From Candidatus Saccharimonadota bacterium (lineage in GTDB: Bacteria; Pseudomonadota; Alphaproteobacteria; Rickettsiales; Anaplasmataceae), in assembly GCF_025021925.1 (NCBI RefSeq), contig NZ_CP092368.1, positions 480,001 through 512,000 of the forward strand: a stretch of DNA of 32,000 nucleotides, in the 5' to 3' direction. The position numbers and the translations under genes were made by a program. Every line of letters starts with the position of its first letter. Position 1 is the first letter of the stretch. The notes below the pieces were generated by a model, which saw only the letters and a list, made by a program, of their open reading frames with translations, ran no database searches and was not told the origin of the DNA. Shown one piece after another: positions 1-9,380 of this stretch.

Positions 1-53
1 TTTTTCAAGTGAAAGTACCGTGATCATTGGTAAAAATACTTATTAAAGATTCA

Positions 54-76
54 ATGACTGCTAATGACTACTAATG
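54..76. repeat. 10-bp tandem repeat, about 2.3 copies (atgactgcta / atgactacta / atg)
   Basis: Read directly. Units at 54-63 and 64-73 differ at one base, and a partial third copy is at 74-76. It lies in the non-coding stretch downstream of pyrB. Confidence 0.8.
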
Positions 77-203
77 TTTTTCAATAAAATCCCTGAAAAA
101 GGAATCTATGATTATATCTCTATATATTCCTTTTTTCTTGATACGTGTATTTAATTTTTACCTTATAAACAACAATTTTGAGAAGAATGTTTATTACTAC
201 CTC

Positions 204-1109
204 CTATAACGATATGATATAATAATAATGTAATATTGCTTTACGTACTGCTATTCCGAATTGTACTTGCTGTAAAATAATACTATCATGTATCTCATGA
301 CTTATTTCAATTCCTCTATTTACTGGTCCTGGATGCATAATCAGTACATCTGATTTTGCATATGATAACTTATATGAATCAAGTCCATATAAATAAAAAT
401 ACTCTTTCTCAGATGGGAGATAATAAGAACTGTGTATACGTTCTTTCTGTAACCTTAATAACATTATCACATCCACATCCTGAATACCTTCAATCAAGGA
501 ATAATATGTTGAATATTCCGTATAAGAATATCTATACATTAAAGTAGGAGGAGCAATTAATCGAATATCGACTCCAAACATTTTTAGCAGATTGATATTT
601 GATCTGGCTACTCTACTATGTAAAATATCTCCACATATCACAACTTTGAGCTTTTCGAGTTGTTTTTTATATTTAGTAATTACACAGTAATCAATAAGTG
701 CTTGAGTTGGATGCTCACTTCTTCCATCACCTGCATTAATCACTGAACATGATGTCACGTATTGAGATAATATACGCAACATACCACTATCTTGATGTCT
801 AATGATCATATAGAGAGGATGCATTGCATCTAATGATGCAATCATATCTTTTAAATCTTCTCCTTTATTTAAAGAAGAAAATCTAATGGGAATATTGATA
901 ACAATTGCTCCAAGACTTTGTGCTGCTATTTCAAAAGAAGTAAGTGTGCGAGTAGAATCCTCAAAAAATAAATTTATTATTATCTGATTTTTCAGTATAT
1001 CAGAAATAGTGAATTTATCAACTATATATTGATTAGCTAACTTAGTAATATGTTGTATATCATCGATTGTAAGATCCGAAATGCTTAATAAATGTCTTCT
1101 ATTATGCAT
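204..1109 (-). CDS. pyrB: aspartate carbamoyltransferase, catalytic subunit
   Basis: 301-aa ORF. It carries the carbamoyl-phosphate S-T-R-T motif (FEDSTRTLTSFE), H-P-T-Q (EHPTQALID) and the C-terminal MHPGPVNRG motif, all hallmarks of the ATCase catalytic chain. No pyrI is adjacent. Confidence 0.93.
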   Translation of the reverse strand: MHNRRHLLSISDLTIDDIQHITKLANQYIVDKFTISDILKNQIIINLFFEDSTRTLTSFEIAAQSLGAIVINIPIRFSSLNKGEDLKDMIASLDAMHPLYMIIRHQDSGMLRILSQYVTSCSVINAGDGRSEHPTQALIDYCVITKYKKQLEKLKVVICGDILHSRVARSNINLLKMFGVDIRLIAPPTLMYRYSYTEYSTYYSLIEGIQDVDVIMLLRLQKERIHSSYYLPSEKEYFYLYGLDSYKLSYAKSDVLIMHPGPVNRGIEISHEIHDSIILQQVQFGIAVRKAILHYYYIISL

Positions 1110-1250
1110 AATGATATATTTTATTATTAGATTAATATCATATAGTATAGTGGGAATAATTTCTTCTATTTTTATCTGTAGAATGCATAATGAATATATA
1201 TTCTATTAAAATCATAAATTCAAATAAAGTACTTTACTTGAGTCATATCT

Positions 1251-2429
1251 TCAAGTAGGTATTGATCTAATGCCCATACCATACTGTATAAATATTTTTT
1301 TTAAAAACTCTGAATTTTCTACAGCAATTAATCCAAATGTTCTGAGTACTCTAGCACACAGTGTGCTATTTGAAAACACTCGATTGATTCCATCTGTAAA
1401 TAATGCCATAATCATATTATCACATAATCTATCGCGTGAGATTTGATCTAATAAGTATTCACTTCCTATATCAATACCATAAACTTTTGCATCAGAAATG
1501 CGATATAGTAAACTTTCTATATCTCTTATTCCTAAATTAAGCCCCTGTCCTGCAAGAGGATGAATAGAATGCGCAGCATCACCTATCAACAATATTCTAC
1601 CATGATATAATTTTTTTGCAAAAGAAAAACTTAAAGGATATAATTGTCTCTCTCCATCTAGAGAAAGAGTTCCTACACAGGGATCAAATCTTTTTTTTAG
1701 TTCTAAAATAAATAATTCTTCAGAGAGCTCCATTAACATATCTGCAATTTCAGATTTTTCTGTCCATACTATAGAAGAAGAGTAGCCTCCTTTCATTGGT
1801 AACATTGCAAATGGTCCGCCAGATAAAAAGTGTTCTATAGCAATATTTTCATGATGTAGTATGTGATTCACAGTAAATACTATACTACTTTGTTTATAAA
1901 TAAATTGCATACTTGGTATATCATATAATGTCTGTAGTTTGGAATTCTTACCTTCAGCACAAATCATTAATGAAGAAATTAACTTAGAATGATTATCAAG
2001 TATCACTTCTACATATCCATCAGCATACTGAATACTTTTATAAGAATTAGGAGAGTACAATTGAATTGTATTTAATAGACAATGATTGATTGCATTCCAT
2101 ATGGCAAGATTATTGATGACATAACCCATTGGTTCTTCGCTCACTATTTTGTGATGATAATGCAGAGTAAAGGGATTATTTTCATCTGATATAGATATAT
2201 CGAGTATTGGTTCAGCTGCATGCGCTAAGAAATGCCATATACCTAATTGGTCTAATATCTTTTTTGAACCCTGAGAAATAGCAAGTGCTCGATTATCATC
2301 GGAAAGAATGCGAGGTACAATATTTTTTTCGATGACAGCTACAGATATATTATTCTTATTTAGACCAATAGCAGTGATCATACCTAGTAATCCACCTCCT
2401 GAAATGATCACATCATACTTCATATTCAT
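1251..2429 (-). CDS. FAD-dependent monooxygenase of the UbiH/UbiF/Coq6 family (ubiquinone ring hydroxylase)
   Basis: 392 aa. It has an N-terminal FAD fingerprint (DVIISGGGLLGM) and the C-terminal LIGDAAHSIHPLAGQGLNLG motif typical of ubiquinone-biosynthesis flavin hydroxylases. The paralogue cannot be assigned by eye. Confidence 0.85.
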   Translation of the reverse strand: MNMKYDVIISGGGLLGMITAIGLNKNNISVAVIEKNIVPRILSDDNRALAISQGSKKILDQLGIWHFLAHAAEPILDISISDENNPFTLHYHHKIVSEEPMGYVINNLAIWNAINHCLLNTIQLYSPNSYKSIQYADGYVEVILDNHSKLISSLMICAEGKNSKLQTLYDIPSMQFIYKQSSIVFTVNHILHHENIAIEHFLSGGPFAMLPMKGGYSSSIVWTEKSEIADMLMELSEELFILELKKRFDPCVGTLSLDGERQLYPLSFSFAKKLYHGRILLIGDAAHSIHPLAGQGLNLGIRDIESLLYRISDAKVYGIDIGSEYLLDQISRDRLCDNMIMALFTDGINRVFSNSTLCARVLRTFGLIAVENSEFLKKIFIQYGMGIRSIPT

Positions 2430-2455
2430 TTAAGTTCAATAAACTGACATAATCT

Positions 2456-3466
2456 TTAAAATAGACACGTAATACTGTACGCAATATTATCATAAATCTT
2501 TATAAAATCTTTACCTAGTATTATAGGATCATTGTAATTATAGATTTGAGAAATTAATGGATCTATTGGAATACACGCTAAGAGCGCAATCCCTAGTTTT
2601 TCAGAGAGAGTTTTTGTACTATCTTTTCCAAAGATATATATCTTAGAATTATTGTATATAAAATAGCTCATATTTTCTATAATGCCAAGAATAGGTATAT
2701 TAAATCTTATCAACATATCAGACATACGAGCTACATCAATGAGAGAAAGTTCTTGTGGTGTTGATACTATAATCGATCCAGTTAAATTAAAAGATTCCAT
2801 GAGGCTAAGATGTATATCTCCAGTACCAGGTGGAGTATCAATGATTAAATAATCTATATTAGACCACTGAGTTTCTAGTAATAATTTATATAATGCTTTT
2901 GTCAACATAGGGCCACGCCATATCACTGCTTGATCTTTATTAAGAAAGAAGCCTATTGACATACTATGTAATCCATATTTCTTGATAGGAAGAATTTTAT
3001 TTTCCTTGAAAGTTGGTTTCAATGTTTCAGCATCAAGCATTTTAGGAATTGAGGGACCATATATATCAGCATCAACTATCGCAACATTATAATGTTGACG
3101 TACTAATGATAGAGCTATATTTAGCGCAACAGTAGATTTTCCTACTCCACCTTTACCAGAAGCGATAATAATAGTATTTTTGACTCCTGAAATATTCATC
3201 TTCTCTTTTTGTGTTTTAATATGTTTATGATGTATAATAGTGACAGTTGCTTTTGATACTCCAGGTATCGATTGTATAGTGTGTTGACAGCGGTGTCTTA
3301 ATTCTTCAGTGATTAATTCCGTATTATACATCTCAATGACACACGCAACAACTCCTCCCTCTTGGATGATAATTGATGTAACAGTACCTAGAGGGATAAT
3401 ATCTTGACCACTTTTTCGTTCTATAATTTGTTTTAAAGATTCTATTATAATTGCTTTATTGATCAT
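2456..3466 (-). CDS. mrp: Mrp/ApbC/NBP35-family P-loop ATPase (Fe-S cluster carrier family), CxxC motif absent
   Basis: 336 aa. It has a deviant Walker A (SGKGGVGKST), DYLIIDTPPGTGD and an ENMS motif, plus an N-terminal DUF59/MIP18-like segment of about 80 aa. The segment after ENMS reads YFIYNNSKIYIFG where the family normally has C-x-x-C. Confidence 0.85.
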   Translation of the reverse strand: MINKAIIIESLKQIIERKSGQDIIPLGTVTSIIIQEGGVVACVIEMYNTELITEELRHRCQHTIQSIPGVSKATVTIIHHKHIKTQKEKMNISGVKNTIIIASGKGGVGKSTVALNIALSLVRQHYNVAIVDADIYGPSIPKMLDAETLKPTFKENKILPIKKYGLHSMSIGFFLNKDQAVIWRGPMLTKALYKLLLETQWSNIDYLIIDTPPGTGDIHLSLMESFNLTGSIIVSTPQELSLIDVARMSDMLIRFNIPILGIIENMSYFIYNNSKIYIFGKDSTKTLSEKLGIALLACIPIDPLISQIYNYNDPIILGKDFIKIYDNIAYSITCLF

Positions 3467-3554
3467 TGATAAGAATTTCCAAATTATTTGCTTAATGATT
3501 TATTAATATCACAATATCATCGTGCACTATATAAATTTCGTTCTTACTAAATTA

Positions 3555-5390
3555 TTAATAATCTTTATTATGTATTTTACCTGCACGTTTCCGAGCATTT
3601 GCATTTAGAAGCTTCTTGCGTAGTCGTATAGATTTTGGTGTAACTTCTACTAGCTCATCATCAGATATATATGCTATCATTTCTTCCAAAGTCATGATTT
3701 TAGGTGGTATCAGTTTAATAGCTTCATCACTACCTGCTGCTCTTATATTTGTTAATTGTTTACCTTTTAAGATATTGACTTCCAAATCATTCTCACGATT
3801 ATGCTGACCGATAATCATACCACAATATACCTTATCTTGAGGTTTCACAAACATTATTCCTCTATCTTGCAAATTAAAAATAGCATATGATATTGCTTCA
3901 CCAATATCAGTGGAAATCAGTGAACCATTACGTCTTCTAGAGAAGATGCCTTTATATGGTGCATAACTATGAAATACTCGATTTAATATGCCAGTTCCTC
4001 TTGAATCAGTTAATAGCTCTCCCTGATAACCAATTAATCCTCTTGAGGGTACTAAAAAAGACAATCTTGTTCTACCTTTACCATCAGGTTTAATGTCAAG
4101 AATTTCACTTTTACGCAAGATTAATTTTTCCATCACAATACCACTATACTCATTATCTATATCAATTATCACTTCTTCTATAGGCTCAAGCTTTGTGCCA
4201 TCTTCTTGTTCTTTAAATAAAATTCTAGGACGAGAAACTGAAAGTTCAAAGCCTTCTCTTCTCATATTTTCAATTAATACTCCTAGTTGTAATTCACCAC
4301 GTCCACCTACTTCACATGCTTCGGTTTCTGATGATACATTAAGAGTAATAGCGATATTTATTTCTGATTCCTCATATAAGCGTTCTCTTATAACAGTAGA
4401 GGTAAGCTTTGTGCCTTCTTGTCCAGCAAAAGGAGAGTCGTTCACATTTAGAGTAATGGCCATTGTAGGTGGATCAATAGGAGTGGAAGGTATTGCCTGT
4501 TGTACTTCTAATGCAGAAATGGTATGTGCAACTGAAGCTTTATGCAATCCAGCAACTGTAATTATATCTCCAGCTATAGCTTGTTCTACTGAAATACGCC
4601 TCAAGTGAGAAAATGATAGGATTTTCGTTAATCTTCCTCTTTCAATCACTTTTCCATTGAGATCAATTACTTTAATATCCGAGTTCACTTTTGCAATACC
4701 TTGATAAATCTTACCTGTCAGTAGTCTCCCAAGAAACTTATCAGATTCTAGTAAAGTCACTAACATAGTAAAAGGTGCATTTTGATCATAGAGAGCAGGT
4801 TTTATATAATCTTTAATTGTAGTAAATAATTGATCAAGATTTTGTGTTTTATGAGACAGACAGGTAGTACACCAACCATTTCTACCAGATGCATATAGCA
4901 CTGGAAAATCTAACTGTTCATTTGAAGCATCTAAACTAAAAAATAATTCATATACTTCATTCAAAACTTCTTCAATTCTACTATCTGGGCGATCGACTTT
5001 ATTAATTATGACAATTGGCTTTAAACCTGATTTTAATGCTTTTGATAACACAAATTTAGTTTGCGGCATTGGACCTTCTGAAGCATCTACAAGTAGTAGT
5101 ACTCCATCTGCCATAGATAACACCCTCTCTACTTCTCCACCAAAGTCTGCATGCCCTGGAGTATCAATAATATTGATCTTATCATTGTTCCATATGATTG
5201 ATGTATATTTTGCTAATATAGTAATACCACGCTCACGCTCTTGTGCATTGCTATCCATCACTCTCTCTTGTACTTCTTGATTATTCCTAAATGTTCCACT
5301 TTGTTTTAACATATTATCAAGTAAAGTGGTTTTACCATGATCAACATGTGCAATAATTGCAATATTGCGAATTAATGTAAATTCTTTCAT
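3555..5390 (-). CDS. typA: translational GTPase TypA/BipA
   Basis: 611 aa. GTPase motifs are G1 AHVDHGKTT, G3 DTPGHADF and G4 NKVDR. The EF-G-like domain order and the length are typical of BipA. Confidence 0.95.
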   Translation of the reverse strand: MKEFTLIRNIAIIAHVDHGKTTLLDNMLKQSGTFRNNQEVQERVMDSNAQERERGITILAKYTSIIWNNDKINIIDTPGHADFGGEVERVLSMADGVLLLVDASEGPMPQTKFVLSKALKSGLKPIVIINKVDRPDSRIEEVLNEVYELFFSLDASNEQLDFPVLYASGRNGWCTTCLSHKTQNLDQLFTTIKDYIKPALYDQNAPFTMLVTLLESDKFLGRLLTGKIYQGIAKVNSDIKVIDLNGKVIERGRLTKILSFSHLRRISVEQAIAGDIITVAGLHKASVAHTISALEVQQAIPSTPIDPPTMAITLNVNDSPFAGQEGTKLTSTVIRERLYEESEINIAITLNVSSETEACEVGGRGELQLGVLIENMRREGFELSVSRPRILFKEQEDGTKLEPIEEVIIDIDNEYSGIVMEKLILRKSEILDIKPDGKGRTRLSFLVPSRGLIGYQGELLTDSRGTGILNRVFHSYAPYKGIFSRRRNGSLISTDIGEAISYAIFNLQDRGIMFVKPQDKVYCGMIIGQHNRENDLEVNILKGKQLTNIRAAGSDEAIKLIPPKIMTLEEMIAYISDDELVEVTPKSIRLRKKLLNANARKRAGKIHNKDY

Positions 5391-5521
5391 TTTTGTGTAT
5401 TTAAAAACTGAATTAATATTGAGTATACATATAAAATATATTGAGAATAGAAAATTGATATAATGAAATATTTTTAATACATTTTATATATCTCTTCATC
5501 ACACTGCTAATAGCATAGTTA

Positions 5522-6478
5522 TTATGTATGATAAAGAAAATTATACATAATAGCTATAGAACACAATATTGAGCTTTGAAATCCTTTATAAGATTCCAAA
5601 GAAAAAGTTCTCTCTATATTCTTCATAAAGAATATCAGATGATTTTGCAAGTATATATTGCCGTATTGATCTTCAATTGCTTCTATTGATCCATCTCTTG
5701 CAAATGCTGCAACTGTAAATCCTAGTAAATCTAATCTTTCTCTATTACTCGGAGTATTATTAACTGAACCTAAACGTGCATCTAGTACTTGCATTGTAAA
5801 CCATCCATTGATATCTGGTATTAAAAATTTATTAACAATATTCGCTAAATGACTATGAGGAATGATCTTAATTTCTTTAAATTGATGATTTTGATCATCT
5901 AAGATGCTAGGTTCTATATGAGAAGTGATATCATTTAAAATGCTTTGTATTGCTCCAGACATACCAAATACATATATTGATGGATTATGAGAAATCATTG
6001 CCATAATGGCATTAAGAATGATTCTTCTAGTAGGAGTCAGTGATAAATCATCAATAGTAATAAAGATCCTATTTATTTTTTTTTCTTTTATACAGTCAAT
6101 AATATTACTATTTATATATTCTACTAGTGGGATTTGTGACTGAATTATTTCTTGATTAGATAATATATCATATTTTTCATTAAAATGAATGATGTTTTTA
6201 TCATCAATTAAGATACTTTGTACACCAAAATTGTTAAACAACGAATCATCTTTTTTAAATGACGTCAAATCATACTGATCTGACAATTTGAATATACCAA
6301 CAAGTATATTACTATTGTGCTCTTTGAGCACTTGCACACTAGTATTCTGTATAAATGACTTCTGATTATACCATTTGTCAATTGATGTATCTGTATTCAT
6401 ATTAGAATTAGCAAAGCTACTAAATAATAGTAACAACATGAATAAAAAAAATAGCTTTTTATAGTATTGATATTGCAT
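5522..6478 (-). CDS. exported hypothetical protein, possibly a degenerate class-I glutamine amidotransferase / peptidase C26-like fold
   Basis: 318 aa. The N-terminal signal-like segment is KKLFFLFMLLLLFSSFANS. The central RRIILNAIMAMISHNPSIYVFGMSGAIQSI and C-terminal ARDGSIEAIEDQYGNIYLQNHLIF resemble the nucleophile-elbow and DG-x-EA...HPE regions of PuuD-type hydrolases, by comparison from memory. A Ser sits where the catalytic Cys is expected. Confidence 0.35.
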   Translation of the reverse strand: MQYQYYKKLFFLFMLLLLFSSFANSNMNTDTSIDKWYNQKSFIQNTSVQVLKEHNSNILVGIFKLSDQYDLTSFKKDDSLFNNFGVQSILIDDKNIIHFNEKYDILSNQEIIQSQIPLVEYINSNIIDCIKEKKINRIFITIDDLSLTPTRRIILNAIMAMISHNPSIYVFGMSGAIQSILNDITSHIEPSILDDQNHQFKEIKIIPHSHLANIVNKFLIPDINGWFTMQVLDARLGSVNNTPSNRERLDLLGFTVAAFARDGSIEAIEDQYGNIYLQNHLIFFMKNIERTFSLESYKGFQSSILCSIAIMYNFLYHT

Positions 6479-6546
6479 AATATAATATACTATGCGTTTT
6501 GCTAGAATATTTCACTTGATCAACATGATAATAATAAAATTATAAA

Positions 6547-6619
6547 TGGCCTGAGCTGGAATTGAACCAGCGACACAAGGATTTTCAGTCCTTTGCTCTA
6601 CCAACTGAGCTATCAGGCC
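6547..6619 (-). tRNA. tRNA-Phe (GAA)
   Basis: A 73-nt cloverleaf was read on the minus strand. The acceptor stem is GGCCTGA/TCAGGCC with discriminator A. The D-arm is GCTCAGTTGGTAGAGC, the anticodon loop is CU-GAA-AA and the T-arm is GCTGG-TTCAATT-CCAGC. No CCA is encoded. Confidence 0.95.
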
Positions 6620-6690
6620 AAGTATATTCTTTTGTTTTTAGAGAAAAAATATTATTATGTCCATTAAAAGTTTCTATATATTATAGTAAA

Positions 6691-7191
6691 ATGCATTCTA
6701 ATGTTAGAATAGGAATATATCCAGGTACATTTGATCCTATTACCTTTGGTCATATTGATATCATCAAAAGGGCATATAAGTTAGTTGATTTACTCATAAT
6801 TGCTATTGCAGAAAATGTTAATAAACATGTGACATTTGATATACAACTCAGGACAAGTATGGCTAAACAAGAAATCACCGGATTAGGTATTATTGCTGAT
6901 GTTGTGTCTTTTAATGGATTACTCATGAGATTTGCTAAGAAAAAAAAGGCTTCTGTAATTATTAGAGGCTTAAGAGCAGTATCAGATTTTGAGTATGAAT
7001 TTCAAATGAGTTGGATCAATTACAAACTTCTTCCTGAGATTGACACTATCTTTTTACTTGCTTCTGAAGATACTCAATTCATATCATCTAGTTTTGTCAA
7101 AGAAATCTCTCAATTAGGAGAAGATGTAAGTCAGTTTGTATCACGGAATGTACAACATGAATTAATGAAGCTCCAATGTTATAACAAATAG
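6691..7191 (+). CDS. coaD: phosphopantetheine adenylyltransferase
   Basis: The translation from the internal ATG at 6691 begins MHSNVRIGIYPGTFDPITFGHIDII, which contains the nucleotidyltransferase (T/H)xGH motif. ISSSFVKE lies near the C-terminus. The ORF-track start at 6562 runs through tRNA-Phe and is rejected. Confidence 0.9.
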   Translation: MHSNVRIGIYPGTFDPITFGHIDIIKRAYKLVDLLIIAIAENVNKHVTFDIQLRTSMAKQEITGLGIIADVVSFNGLLMRFAKKKKASVIIRGLRAVSDFEYEFQMSWINYKLLPEIDTIFLLASEDTQFISSSFVKEISQLGEDVSQFVSRNVQHELMKLQCYNK

Positions 7192-7277
7192 AGAGTAATA
7201 TATCTTATTTTTTATAGTATTTTTAAATCAAAATATTTCATATAATAGCATATCATAAAGATATTAAAATAATTAAG

Positions 7278-7469
7278 ATGTTAAAAATAAGAGATAGTAA
7301 GAGAAAACTTTTTTGTTATGGTAATATAAATAATGATTATCTTGATCATCCATTAATATTCTTAGATATAGATGAAAAAAAAACACTTGCTTGTCCTTAT
7401 TGTCAAAAAATTTTTATTAATCAAGATTTCAAAGAAAATTCCAGAAATGGAAATCTAATAAATGATTGA
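7278..7469 (+). CDS. small zinc-finger (zf-CHCC / NDUFS6 C-terminal-like) protein
   Basis: 63 aa. DHPLIFLDIDEKKTLACPYCQKIF matches the HP-x-V/I-x-L...C-P-Y-C signature of the small zinc-finger protein conserved in alphaproteobacteria. Confidence 0.7.
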   Translation: MLKIRDSKRKLFCYGNINNDYLDHPLIFLDIDEKKTLACPYCQKIFINQDFKENSRNGNLIND

Positions 7470-7563
7470 TTAATATAAATACAAGAATAATTAATATTAT
7501 TGATATCAATCTATTAAGTATATCTTCCATGAATTTCTGCATGAAAAATATCGAGTAGAAATA

Positions 7564-8172
7564 TTAAATAGAATTTTGTGTTAGATATTTTCTACTTCCA
7601 GGTGTATTAATAGGTAATTGTTTTAATTCTTCAGTAAGATTTTCTTCACTATAATTCTTAATATTTATTTCAATTAATGATATAATAGGAAAAGGTAACT
7701 GGATATTATCATTTCTTTTGATTAAAGATGCTACAGTAATAATTTTTCCTCCCATGCCTTCTATACATTGAACGGCCTCAAGTGAGGATTTACCTGTAGT
7801 AATCACATCTTCAATGAGTAATATGTTATCACACTGCAATATTTGAAAATCACGTCGTAATTTAAATACTCCATTAACTCGTTCACAGAATATAGTCCTA
7901 ATACCAAGCTGTCTACCAATTTCATAACCTAATACTATTCCACCAATTGCGGGAGTAAGAATGACATTGATTGAATCATTCACTTTTTGTTTGATTTTTT
8001 TAACCAATAAAGAGCATATTTTTATGCCTATCTTTGGACTCTCAAAAAGCTTTGCACATTGTATATATATATTGCTATGTAAGCCTGACGATAATACAAA
8101 ATGGCCATAGCGGATTGCATTTGCTTCTTGAAATATTCTTAGAATTGCATTATTATCATTTAATATCGTCAT
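7564..8172 (-). CDS. pyrE: orotate phosphoribosyltransferase
   Basis: 202 aa. It has the PRPP-binding motif ILLIEDVITTGKS and a type-I PRTase layout. Its ATG overlaps the stop of the upstream transporter (ATGA). Confidence 0.9.
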   Translation of the reverse strand: MTILNDNNAILRIFQEANAIRYGHFVLSSGLHSNIYIQCAKLFESPKIGIKICSLLVKKIKQKVNDSINVILTPAIGGIVLGYEIGRQLGIRTIFCERVNGVFKLRRDFQILQCDNILLIEDVITTGKSSLEAVQCIEGMGGKIITVASLIKRNDNIQLPFPIISLIEINIKNYSEENLTEELKQLPINTPGSRKYLTQNSI

Positions 8173-9380
8173 ACTATTATTTTTTGATTTAACTCTTTAT
8201 TAATAATCTGAGTAATACAAATATCAGACCATACATTAATTGCAGTTTCACACATATCAATAATTGTATAAATAGGCATAATTAGTCCCATAATAGATAT
8301 AGGAATATTTATTGATATAAGGTAACTTGTTGTCATAAAATAACACCCCATTGGGATGCCCGCATTACCAACTGCTGCACAAGTGGCTAATAATATCCAT
8401 ATAATCATATCATATAATGAAAATATCTTACCATGCAATTCTGATACAAATATTACGGTAATAAAAATAAATGCAGCACATGCATTCATATTAATTGTTG
8501 TACATATTGGTAAAATACATGAAGACAATTTTTTTGAAATATTTAGTTTATTATGTAAGCATGCTATTGTTGTAGGTAATGTTGCGCTAGATGATTTAGA
8601 AAAAAATGCAAGTGTAAGTGCTGGTATTACTCCTTTTAATGTTTGAATGGGAGAGATTCCTTTATACCATATTAATAGAGGTAAAATAACAAATGCATGT
8701 ACAAAATTTGCACATATAATGCAAATGACATAATACAATATATTATGTAGTTCATGACTACTTTTAATTTCATATAAAAAGCATGTGATAAAAGCCCAAG
8801 TTGCAAAAGGCATATATTTTAGTATACCTTGTACGATATTTAATAAAGTATCAAATAATGCAGAGGATAATGTATATAAAATATCTTGCTTATCTTGTGT
8901 CAGATGTATAATAGATCCTCCTATTGTAAAAGCAATTATGATGCCACCAATCATATTATTTTCAAGAAACACTTGTATGATATTAGAAGGAATGAGTGAT
9001 TTTAAATATAATAAGTAATTGCACTTACTATTTACCATGTTCACATCTTCTATATTTAAAATTATATGATGTCGTGCCGGATCTAAAAGAAGATAAAATA
9101 TCAATGCAATGAAAGTAGCTATAACAGTAGTAACAATAGTATAAAAAATTGTTTTCTTAATTATCAAGATAAAATCAAGCGAGTGTTTGAGACTAGACAT
9201 TGTAGAAATAATAGATAAGAATACCATTGGTAAACTAATCAATTTTAATAAATTAATAAATAAATCACTACATAGCTTAGCGCATTCATATATTAGTATA
9301 CTTTTTGTAAAATATCCTATAATTGCTAGTAATATAGCACATAATAAAGTTTCTATACGCATTGATAATATCTCTTTCAA
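8169..9380 (-). CDS. dicarboxylate/amino acid:cation symporter (DAACS/SDF family, GltP/DctA-like)
   Basis: 403-aa polytopic membrane protein. It carries the family signature SSSATLP (FFSKSSSATLPTT) and a hydrophobic hairpin-rich C-terminal half. The substrate cannot be determined from sequence alone. Confidence 0.85.
   Translation of the reverse strand: MKEILSMRIETLLCAILLAIIGYFTKSILIYECAKLCSDLFINLLKLISLPMVFLSIISTMSSLKHSLDFILIIKKTIFYTIVTTVIATFIALIFYLLLDPARHHIILNIEDVNMVNSKCNYLLYLKSLIPSNIIQVFLENNMIGGIIIAFTIGGSIIHLTQDKQDILYTLSSALFDTLLNIVQGILKYMPFATWAFITCFLYEIKSSHELHNILYYVICIICANFVHAFVILPLLIWYKGISPIQTLKGVIPALTLAFFSKSSSATLPTTIACLHNKLNISKKLSSCILPICTTINMNACAAFIFITVIFVSELHGKIFSLYDMIIWILLATCAAVGNAGIPMGCYFMTTSYLISINIPISIMGLIMPIYTIIDMCETAINVWSDICITQIINKELNQKIIV

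Noticed and set aside
3616-5280. Antisense ORFs inside typA (63, 171 and 90 aa). Similar shadow ORFs lie inside pyrB, the transporter, secD, hemC, orf140, ispG, dnaJ, guaB, elbB, orf176 and htrA.
   Set aside because: All lie fully within well-supported genes on the opposite strand. Their compositions are low-complexity (Ser/Ile/Leu-rich) and typical of antisense frames, and none carries a recognisable motif.
5416-5449. An imperfect 12-nt direct repeat (atattgagtata / atattgagaata, 22-nt period) upstream of typA.
   Set aside because: An 11/12 match of AT-rich words at short distance is not clearly above chance here. No functional pattern, such as -35/-10 spacing, could be supported.
6562-6690. 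The ORF-track start of the 209-aa ORF, which would give CoaD a 43-aa N-terminal extension.
   Set aside because: The extension runs antisense straight through tRNA-Phe (6547-6619). The CoaD homology begins only at the internal Met (ATG at 6691).
7499-7510. The palindrome attgatatcaat between the convergent zinc-finger gene and pyrE.
   Set aside because: It is 12 bp and almost all A/T, so its chance expectation is high. There is no adjacent T-run or stable stem.
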